64,000 nucleotides of DNA from Bacteroidota bacterium (GTDB lineage Bacteria; Bacteroidota; Bacteroidia; AKYH767-A; OLB10). Position numbers and translations under genes: made by a program. Where the stretch lies: contig JANOXC010000070.1 in assembly GCA_031418215.1 (NCBI GenBank), positions 1,419-65,418 of the forward strand. Direction: 5' to 3'. Within the stretch, counting starts at the first letter, position 1. Each line of letters opens with the position of its first letter. Shown here in pieces: positions 19,227-28,200 of this stretch. The notes beneath the pieces were generated by a model. It was not told where the DNA came from and did not search any database. It worked only from the letters and a program-made list of their open reading frames with translations.

Positions 19227-20284
19227 TGTATCAGTACTCCTCTTTTATATTCTTTTTCTTGTTTTTTCAAGTTCCTAAACGTATGATAGGACATAAAGGA
19301 AAATCCTTCTCTCTTGTTTTGAACAGCCGCATTGTACATGTATTTATAATGCGTCGCTAAAACTTTTTGTGCTTCGTAAAAAGAAAATCCAGGATCATAT
19401 ATATGAGCCGGCTCAGCACCTGCGCCATTTAACTCAAGAATTGAGATGTTTATTCCCTTTTTCAAGTCATCAATACTGCTACAACGTAAATCAAACCTTC
19501 CATAATTAAAACCTTTTATCTGTTTACTGATTTTGTCAAAACTATTTAACATCTCTTCATCAATGATATGGTTATAATTCAAAAACATTGCGCCCAAGAC
19601 ATGATTTCCATATGGGACCAGTACTCGTTCCTGTCCTTTTTCAAGTACATAATCCGGATTCAAACTTTTATCATTCTGTAATCTGTTATATTGCAAAAAC
19701 GAACGGGAATTCTTAAACATCAATTCTCTAATTGTAGAAAAACCATCACCAACAACTGTCAATAGTTTTTTTGATGTAACAGAAGTTACAGTACCTTTCA
19801 AACTATCAGGGTTACGATGATAAAAAACACTGAACTCCAGTGGTGCAGATACATAGTCCTGCAAAAGAAAATCGACAGTAGTATTTTTTCTGTATTCCTC
19901 AAGTTCAGCTAAGCTGTTTACTCTTTTAACGCCCCATCCCCGTTCTCCCCGGTCAGGCTTTGCTATTACAGGGAACTTTAATTGCGCTTCATCCAACTTC
20001 ATTTTAATTGTATTAATACCGTCTTCGGGCTTTATTAAAATGGTAATTGGAAAATATTTTTGAGGAATCAATTGAAATATTTTCCATTTGCTTTCAAAAA
20101 ACATTCCCCCTGTCTCTATTGATGGATTAGCACCGGAAAAAAAGAAAAATGATTTTGCCTTGAATGATAAATAAAGATAATAAAACCCAACAGGAAAATA
20201 TACTATCCACATAGGCCAATACTCCCAGTTAAATGCCTTGATATATATTCGTCTGGCCCTGTTGTACATCGCTTCAATAATCAT
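19223..20284 (-). CDS. ATP-grasp ligase (family often annotated as D-Ala-D-Ala ligase-like), substrate unknown
   Basis: FPVIAKPDRGERGWGV, LLQDYV, GRFDLR, ILELNG; family-specific WEYWP N-terminus. Confidence 0.8.
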   Translation of the reverse strand: MIIEAMYNRARRIYIKAFNWEYWPMWIVYFPVGFYYLYLSFKAKSFFFFSGANPSIETGGMFFESKWKIFQLIPQKYFPITILIKPEDGINTIKMKLDEAQLKFPVIAKPDRGERGWGVKRVNSLAELEEYRKNTTVDFLLQDYVSAPLEFSVFYHRNPDSLKGTVTSVTSKKLLTVVGDGFSTIRELMFKNSRSFLQYNRLQNDKSLNPDYVLEKGQERVLVPYGNHVLGAMFLNYNHIIDEEMLNSFDKISKQIKGFNYGRFDLRCSSIDDLKKGINISILELNGAGAEPAHIYDPGFSFYEAQKVLATHYKYMYNAAVQNKREGFSFMSYHTFRNLKKQEKEYKRGVLIQ

Positions 20285-20374
20285 GATTTTTCCTTTGTCT
20301 GCTGTGCTTTGTACTATGAAATCAGAAAATATGTCTGCATAAACTAATTTAATGCAGGATTCCTATTGGATGTT

Positions 20375-21145
20375 TTATTGGTTCAGACTATTTCGCCCTT
20401 TCGTTTCATCTCTATCATGCAATTCACAACCAATAGACATTTCATTTAAATTCATCTCATTACGGTGGTAAGTGTAATTCGAGATATCATAATAATTCAT
20501 AACAACAGCATTATTATCTGCAAGTTCGACGAATGTATAGCTCAGTGTTTTTACCTTTTCCGCTCTGTTAATAATATACCCGTTTATCGCATCGGAAGAT
20601 GAATTAAAAAAACGAAGTAGGGTAAGCTTAGAAACCGGTGGATTCATGGTGATCCAATTTTGAAATAGTTCATCTCTCGACAACTTTGCTTCACTATCAT
20701 ATAATGTTGAAGAAGACCATAAATGTGGAATCGTTTGGTCTACCCTAATCCGGTGTTTATTCAATCCATCCCATACAAGCTGAAATAAATTTTCATCACT
20801 CCAAACAATCAAAGTAAATGGTTCAATTTTCTCTAAATTCATCAGATTCCAGTCCACAACAGGAACTTGAGATGTTAATAGTTCCGATACAATAAGCCCC
20901 CTGCTCTTCCAATAAGAATTTGCTCGTATATGTTTTTCAAAGCCTCCATTTAATAAAATAATAACGTTTCCGAAATCATTTACACCGATCCATGTTCCTC
21001 CCGCCAGTAAATCCTTAGGCGATAATATTTTCAACTCATCGCCGGTAATTTTGGGGGCTTCGGCGGGTGGTCTTAATGGGCTTTCATCTCTAAGCGATGC
21101 GAAGAAATGTTTCTCGTTACCAGGAATAAAAACTACTGTACACAT
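20375..21145 (-). CDS. NRDE/TANGO2 family protein (Ntn-hydrolase fold)
   Basis: MCTV N-terminus, LRDE in place of NRDE, GGTWIG, LLNG, SRGLIV, EPFTL, WSSSTLY. Confidence 0.9.
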   Translation of the reverse strand: MCTVVFIPGNEKHFFASLRDESPLRPPAEAPKITGDELKILSPKDLLAGGTWIGVNDFGNVIILLNGGFEKHIRANSYWKSRGLIVSELLTSQVPVVDWNLMNLEKIEPFTLIVWSDENLFQLVWDGLNKHRIRVDQTIPHLWSSSTLYDSEAKLSRDELFQNWITMNPPVSKLTLLRFFNSSSDAINGYIINRAEKVKTLSYTFVELADNNAVVMNYYDISNYTYHRNEMNLNEMSIGCELHDRDETKGRNSLNQ

Positions 21146-21210
21146 TGAATATATAATTGATTTATTGAAATGAATTTAACAACTACTATATGTTTGGCAT
21201 CAATGAATGG

Positions 21211-21711
21211 TTAATTCGATACATTCATTGCTTCTTTATATTTTATTGTTGAATAAGCCATACCAAAATCAGCAGCAACTAAATCATGTTTTATTTCCAC
21301 CAAAGCCACTTTTATTAATGCCAAATGATGTATTATATGTTCGGTATTGTAAACCACTTCCCTGAAATAACTAGTTGTTACTGCGGCCTGTTTTGAGCCA
21401 TCCACTTGATCAACAACCATGGTTATGTTCTTATCAGGCAATATGCAATTCTCTTGAAGTTTCTTAATTAAAGAAAGTGCAATTGATCGGTTTTCTTCAA
21501 TACTAAGGTCCCTGGTTCTGTTTACATAATCTATTTCTCCTAAGCTGTAACCATTGATGGCGCATTGCAAAAGTTCAATGATATGCCTGCTATGGCCGCC
21601 AATACTTGAATTGCTTAAGTGCGATATTTTGCATGTGTATTGCGCATCGTCCAGATTGTTCAGCAGATTGAGAAGTAATTCCAATTGCTGCTTTAATTGA
21701 ATAAAAATCAT
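21211..21711 (-). CDS. DinB/YfiT superfamily protein
   Basis: SIGGHSRHIIE, IDYVNRTRD, EHIIHHLALI (His metal ligands). Confidence 0.85.
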   Translation of the reverse strand: MIFIQLKQQLELLLNLLNNLDDAQYTCKISHLSNSSIGGHSRHIIELLQCAINGYSLGEIDYVNRTRDLSIEENRSIALSLIKKLQENCILPDKNITMVVDQVDGSKQAAVTTSYFREVVYNTEHIIHHLALIKVALVEIKHDLVAADFGMAYSTIKYKEAMNVSN

Positions 21712-21723
21712 CGGATAAATTTT

Positions 21724-22158
21724 TTAATTAATTAATGCTGAACCAAACAAATGATTAAAGTCCACACAATGTATTGATATATATTTATATTGACTAAAAT
21801 CAGGCATAGCGGGGATATTGTAAACCTGGCTTCCATTGGTAGATTTTAGGCTGCCTAAATCTATGTAATTGACAGGCATTGCTTCCTTTGAAAGGTATAC
21901 ATGAAGAGCTGGTCCGTTAGTAGTATTAAAGTTTGAAATCTTCAATACAAACGTTGCGTTTAACTCATAAACCTCTGCTTTACCGGTAACAGTTCCAAAC
22001 GGTCCGGAAGTAAAAAGGCCTGAGTACTTTAATACAGCACTGGTATCAACAGTTTCATTAATCACAACAGTTGATGCTTGCTCTTCCTTTTTACAGGAGT
22101 ATAAAATTACCAACATTAAAAGAAGTCCTAAAACAAGTTTGTTTTTCATAGTTTGCAT
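21724..22158 (-). CDS. DM13 domain lipoprotein
   Basis: Lipobox LYSC; GPALHVYLS, DLGSLKS.NG.QVY, IHCVDFNHLFGSA. Start at 22158 or 22149. Confidence 0.85.
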   Translation of the reverse strand: MQTMKNKLVLGLLLMLVILYSCKKEEQASTVVINETVDTSAVLKYSGLFTSGPFGTVTGKAEVYELNATFVLKISNFNTTNGPALHVYLSKEAMPVNYIDLGSLKSTNGSQVYNIPAMPDFSQYKYISIHCVDFNHLFGSALIN

Positions 22159-22159
22159 A

Positions 22160-23092
22160 TTAAAATTTAAATGTGAATTCAGGCGAAAGAACAAAAGCGC
22201 GCGTTAAACCATCCGGCCTCACATCTCTAACAATAAAAGGTGCTCCTCCGGATAAACCGATATCAAATTTTTCGCCAGCCTTGTATCGGAAAGCAAAGGT
22301 GCCATTCAACGTTAACCCTTCCGACCCATCAATTTTAATAGGGCGATTACTGATGTTGCCATCTATGTAAGTGTCTTTACCAAGATGATAAATACTTAAC
22401 AGTCCTAAATTTATTTTCATTCTTTCAGACTTTCGAACATCATATCCAACACGAAGCAAAACATCTCCTCTCCGGTCAAAATCATTTGTTGAAGGATATT
22501 CCAATGCCTCATTTGTATTCCAATAGGCCGGTAAAAAAGTATTTCTATTGGTACCTGTTAACGGCTGTTGAACAGCAGTTGCTAAAAACCATTTTCCATT
22601 TGTAAACGACATCCCTGCTATTAAGTCCACTGTCCCCAAACTGCTTTGGTATTGCATTGGCAATGGCTTATTATCTATTGATAAATCACTAAGATTCAAA
22701 GGTAATTTTGTGCCTAACAAAAACGATCCTTCCCAATTGTTTTTGGCTTTCTTTGTATAGGTCGTTGAAAGGATTACATCGCCTAATCCAAAAGCCGTTC
22801 CCAAATTTCCGGATGCATAGTTGCTTGTTAATTTAGCTTGTAATGACCAACTCTTATTCAACCGGTTCTCATACTGAAGTGCAGGCGTTAATACATAAAC
22901 GCCTTCATCGCCAATACCATTAGCAATTATAAGGCTTAATTGTTGATTTTTCACAGCTATAGAATCTGAAGCCAAAGGCCTTAGATTACCTGTCGTACAA
23001 AAACCGGCATCACTGCATCCCTGCGCATTTCCATCCTGTGTTGAACACAACATAATGAAAATAGAAATGAAACACAATATTTTACTTTTCAT
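22160..23092 (-). CDS. Putative outer-membrane beta-barrel channel
   Basis: Signal peptide GNA|Q, N-terminal CSDAGFC, amphipathic strands, GLGD and SLGTVD motifs, C-terminal EFTFKF. Confidence 0.65.
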   Translation of the reverse strand: MKSKILCFISIFIMLCSTQDGNAQGCSDAGFCTTGNLRPLASDSIAVKNQQLSLIIANGIGDEGVYVLTPALQYENRLNKSWSLQAKLTSNYASGNLGTAFGLGDVILSTTYTKKAKNNWEGSFLLGTKLPLNLSDLSIDNKPLPMQYQSSLGTVDLIAGMSFTNGKWFLATAVQQPLTGTNRNTFLPAYWNTNEALEYPSTNDFDRRGDVLLRVGYDVRKSERMKINLGLLSIYHLGKDTYIDGNISNRPIKIDGSEGLTLNGTFAFRYKAGEKFDIGLSGGAPFIVRDVRPDGLTRAFVLSPEFTFKF

Positions 23093-23493
23093 TTTTTACT
23101 TCTACCATATTTGTCATACAACATAAACCAATCCTTTCTATGAAGAATCAATATTAATAAACAAGAAATCAATACAATTATTGCCAACATAAATAATTGG
23201 CCGCCGTCCCCTTTTGATTCAATTCCAATTACAGTTAAATGAGAAAGAATTGCACCTGACATTAAGCCAACGCCAATAAAAGCTCCAATAAATGCCGTAG
23301 TCGGTATTAATAATAATACTCCTGTAATCAATTCAATGAGGCCGGTGCCAATACGTCCCCAAGGCTCTACGCCAAGCTTGGTAAAGAGCTCCACTGATTC
23401 CGGATGGGCCGTAAATTTGAAATATAGTGTTTGCAGAAGTATTAATGCTGCGATGATACGAAGGATCCAGGAAATAAAATTTTTTATCTGCAT
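23089..23493 (-). CDS. DoxX family membrane protein
   Basis: ILLQTLYFKF, EPWGRIG.G.IE, MSGAILSHL; four TM segments. Confidence 0.85.
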   Translation of the reverse strand: MQIKNFISWILRIIAALILLQTLYFKFTAHPESVELFTKLGVEPWGRIGTGLIELITGVLLLIPTTAFIGAFIGVGLMSGAILSHLTVIGIESKGDGGQLFMLAIIVLISCLLILILHRKDWFMLYDKYGRSKK

Positions 23494-23513
23494 GATTAAA
23501 TGTTACAATTATT

Positions 23514-23972
23514 TTAATGATAAATTTTTTGCCAGTTCTTATCGGCATTAGCCTTTAGGGTTGTTTCCTTCTCATTCCATTTTGTGAGTGTATTATTTAC
23601 CCAGGTATGATAAAATAAGTAAAGTTTTCCGTTTATTATTTTAAATGTTTCCGGGTCAATCTCCACCTTTTCATTATTGGCACCCATAGCATATGCGCAC
23701 CAGGCGCCATATTGCGGTTCATATTTTTTATAATCAACAATAAATAAATCTTTATTGACTGCACTTGAAAAATAGTATGTTACGCCCTCTACTGTAGTTG
23801 CATATTTTTTATTCCCTGCCATTGCTTTTTTTTGTGTGAAATAAGCAACAGGATCGTAACCTTGAATCGCAACACCTTGTTCCAAATTAAAATGCTTGGT
23901 TCTTAAATTGGGCTGCGCATGGCCTTGATTTATTGTAATGATAATGATTAGCAAAGTGAATACTGTTTTCAT
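23514..23972 (-). CDS. YHS-domain exported protein
   Basis: Signal peptide; AIQGYDPVAYF, YYFSS, YEPQYGAWCAYAM, GKLYLF. Confidence 0.88.
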   Translation of the reverse strand: MKTVFTLLIIIITINQGHAQPNLRTKHFNLEQGVAIQGYDPVAYFTQKKAMAGNKKYATTVEGVTYYFSSAVNKDLFIVDYKKYEPQYGAWCAYAMGANNEKVEIDPETFKIINGKLYLFYHTWVNNTLTKWNEKETTLKANADKNWQKIYH

Positions 23973-24106
23973 CGTTGTCCGAATTATGGTTTATTTGCGG
24001 CCTATCCCGGACTTCCACATTAGTATAGGCAGCCGAATTTAATTGATAACGCAAAAATGCTACTATCAATGCGAACAATCGATATACATAATTCCCGAAG
24101 AGTTGT

Positions 24107-24970
24107 CTATTCTTCCCTAATTACTCTTTTAGAGGCTCTTTTAAGATCAGAGGGGCTCTGAGAAGTGCAGTTTTTGAAATATTTACTAAAGTGAGCTATG
24201 TCATTAAACCCCAAATCTTCGGCTATTTCCTTAACTGATTTGTCTGTATAATAAAACAGTCTCTTTGCTTCGGAAATAACCCTTTCCTGAATAATCTGAA
24301 GCGGCGTTTTTTTGCTGTATAAAGAAAAATAGTTCGCAATTGTTTTCGGGGATTTGTTAAGCAATCCGGCGTAGAATGTAACCTGCCTTTCTTCACGAAA
24401 ATGGATTTCAACCAAAAGATTGAATTGTCTGATTATATTAAATTTCTCTTCAACAACCTCTTCAGTTCCTAAATACTGCTTCTTGGCCAACCTGGTAATT
24501 TTTATGATAAGCCTGACCAATAATAACTTTAACATCTCGCCTTTAATTTCCTCCTCTGAAATAAACTCCTCTTCAAAAACATCGAGTAGTCGTTTCAGCA
24601 TTTCTGTATCATCAGTATTAAGATTTATAAACATCGTTGGGGATGGACCATAAAAAATAAATCCCACACATCCTACCTGTGCATCATGATCAACAACGCA
24701 ATAAAACTCTCTGTTAAATTGCCAGGCCACAATATTTTCTGCCTGTTCGAATCTGAATGACTGGCTCAACATTATTGGCAAAATTGCATTCTGCTCAAAA
24801 ACATATTGCACCTCATCAATGGATACCATTTGACGCGGCCCTCTATTCCATACGATGGTATAAAAGTGAAAACCTGGCCCCTGATCAAAAATATTTTGCT
24901 CAAATCGTGATTCATGACGAATCAAATGCAATTTCCCAACGCCGTCATTATTATTAAAAACATGTATCAT
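24107..24970 (-). CDS. AraC family transcriptional regulator
   Basis: C-terminal double HTH (FYAGLLNKSPKT; SVKEIAEDLGFNDIAHFSKYFK); TATCTTTG -7 element at 25000-24993. Confidence 0.93.
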   Translation of the reverse strand: MIHVFNNNDGVGKLHLIRHESRFEQNIFDQGPGFHFYTIVWNRGPRQMVSIDEVQYVFEQNAILPIMLSQSFRFEQAENIVAWQFNREFYCVVDHDAQVGCVGFIFYGPSPTMFINLNTDDTEMLKRLLDVFEEEFISEEEIKGEMLKLLLVRLIIKITRLAKKQYLGTEEVVEEKFNIIRQFNLLVEIHFREERQVTFYAGLLNKSPKTIANYFSLYSKKTPLQIIQERVISEAKRLFYYTDKSVKEIAEDLGFNDIAHFSKYFKNCTSQSPSDLKRASKRVIREE

Positions 24971-25285
24971 AAACCACTGTCAATTTTCTCAACAAAGATA
25001 CCGCTAGTAAATTACTTTTTCGATAAACTATTTAATATTACAAAATAGCCATTTATATTGGCTTCTAATAACGAACTTCCGACGCTACTTATCCCCTTGT
25101 GAATCCAATCTCAAACAGGATGATGCAAGGAGAATTACAGCAAAGACAAAAAAGTTTACCCCCATCTTGCTTGCCGGCTTCTCCCAAACCAGCAATAATT
25201 TGCACCATTCAATTAAATTTATTAAGTTTGTTAAAGTGTGGCTTATGAATTTTTTTTTACCCAATAAAACAACTGCTGTAATTTT

Positions 25286-28200
25286 ATGATTCAACCGAAG
25301 AATATTAAATTTTTTCCATCGTTTTTATTGCTTGTACTGACTTCTGTATTAAGTGTTAATGCACAACAAAACAATAAACTAATTGACGCTACGCTTGAAC
25401 GCGAAAGAGCGAAGTTGGGTTTAACTGCAAAAGATATCAGTGATTACCTGATCACTAATCAATATACTGATCGTGTTGGCAGTCTTACACACGTATATAC
25501 ACAACAAAGGCATAATAATATTATCGTGTATAATTCAGTAAGTGTTTTTCTGATTAAAGACAACAAGGTGCTTTATTTTAAGCCGGGGATGATTGATCAT
25601 CTGGAGAAAAAAATAAAAGCAACAACTCCAATCATTAAACCGGATGCTGCGATAAAATTTGCGCTTACGAACATTGGTCGCAACGAAATCACTCCGGTTA
25701 AACTCATCAGTACTGATAAGAATTTAAACACTTTTACCTATGAGGCTTCCAGCATTTCTGCGAATCCAATAAAAGTGCAACTGGTTTATCGTGCGATAGA
25801 CAATGGCGTTTATTTAGCATGGGATGTGAGCATTGAATTGAACAATGAGTCGCATTGGTGGAATGTAAGGATCGATGCTTTAACAGGAAACTACATAGAT
25901 AAAAATGACTGGACTGTTAATTGTAGTTTTGATATTTCTTCAGAAAATGAAATTGTACATTTACATGAATTAGCTGAGCCCGCTGCTCCGTTTTTAATTT
26001 TACCGCCTCCACCTCCACTGGGGGAGTATAATGTATATGCATTGCCTGTAGAGGCTCCTTCTTTTGGCGGACGCACTTATTTAATAAACCCTGAAGATTT
26101 AACTGCCTCTCCTTTTGGATGGCATGATGATAATGGCATTCCGGGAAATGAATATACTATTACACGAGGTAACAATGTACATGCTTATGAAGATGCAAAC
26201 AATGATAACCTCCCGGGCTATTCTCCAAATAGTGCTTCCTTGCAGTTTAATTATCCGATTGATCTTACACAGGCTCCATTAGTAAATCAAGATGCCTCTA
26301 TCACCAATCTTTTTTACATGAACAATAGAATACATGATGTTTTGTATCATGTAGGTTTTACTGAAGTTGCGGGTAATTTTCAGCAAAACAATTATGGCAA
26401 CGGCGGATTGGGAAATGATTATGTTCAGGCAGAAGCTTTTGATGGAAGCGGAACAAACAATGCAAATTTTGGAACACCGGCTGATGGGCAACGACCAAGA
26501 ATGCAAATGTATTTATGGACGGCACCAAACCCTGATAGAGATGGTTCATTTGACAACGGTATTGTTGCACATGAATTTGGTCATGGAGTTTCCAACAGGC
26601 TTACCGGTGGTCCCTCGCAGTCGAGTTGCCTTGGCAATGCTGAACAAGGGGGCGAAGGCTGGAGCGATTGGTTAGCATTAATTCTAACAACTAAAGCGAG
26701 TGATACGATAGGAGGAGGAATGTTAACACAAGCACGCGGCATTGGTACTTATGCAGTGAATCAGGCTACGAACGGAGCAGGAATAAGGCGTTTTCGTTAC
26801 TCAGTTGATATGACTATCAACCCACAGACTTATGCTGATTTGGCTACCAGCGGAACAGGTCCACATGCAAAAGGTGAAATATGGTGTGATGCTATTTGGG
26901 ATATGTCCTGTTTTTTGATCAATGACTTAGGCTTTAACCCCGACCCAACAGTGGCAACGGCAGGTAACAACATTGCCATGCAATTGGTGTTGGAAGGCAT
27001 GAAACTGCAACCTTGCAGTCCCGGTTTTCTAGATGCACGTGATGCAATTTTAACTGCTGATGCCGTGCTTTATAACAACGCCCACAGATGTCGTATTTGG
27101 GAAGCATTCGCACGCAGAGGAATGGGATTAAATGCTGTGCAAGGAAGTTCAGGAAGTTCTACTGATCAAACTGCAGGATTCTCTTTGCCACCATTTTGTA
27201 TGATTGCAACACAACCGCCAGTTGCAGCATTTGCAACAAGTGTGAATACTATTCCCTGCGCCGGTTCAATACAATTTACAGATCAATCGGTTCAAGCCTT
27301 TGGCTGGTATTGGGATTTTGGTGATCAAACTACTTCAGTAGTTCAGAATCCTAAACACCAATATAATGCCCCTGGAACTTATCAGGTGAAACTCGTTGTT
27401 ACCAATCCGCTTGGAAGCGATTCTGTTACTAAAACAATAACTGTTACCTCAACTTTTTCGGCAAATACAACTGCATCACCTAATCCTGCAATTTGTGGCA
27501 GCCCGGTTCAATTGAATGCTGTTGCTTCGGGCAGCACAAACGTTACATACAATATAACCAATATTCCTTATGCACCTGTTTCAGGTACACCTATTAACGG
27601 TCCGACAGGAGATGATGCCGTTAGCAGTTTTATCCCAATCGGTTTTAACTTTCCTTTTTACAATAACATTCAAACACAGCTTAAAATTTCTACTAACGGA
27701 TTTGTTTCTTTTAATTCAAGTACCGGTGATGGATGTTGTGCGGGATCATTCCTTCCCAATAACAACAGCACGCTTAACAATCTTATTGCAGTTTGCTGGA
27801 CAGACTTGTTTGTTGGATCACCGAATTCGATTGATTATTTCAACCTCACTTCTCCAAATCGTTTTGTAATCCGTTGGAACGGTGTTGCACATTGTTGTGC
27901 CACAACACCTGCTCAGGTTACCGCACAAATTATTTTATATGAAACAGGTGAAATCGAAATGCACAACACTTCCATTTTATCCAGTTCTGATGTGATGACT
28001 CAAGGGGTTGAAAATGGAACAGGGGCTTTTGCAACAGTTGTTCCGGGGAGAAATGCTACAAGTTTTACTGCAGCCAATGATGCATTCAGGTTCACCCCTG
28101 CTATAAATTACACCTACAACTGGCAACCCGGCAACCTTAATGGTGCAACACAAACAGTTAACCCAACTGCAAATACGACTTACACTGTATCGGTTGCTGA

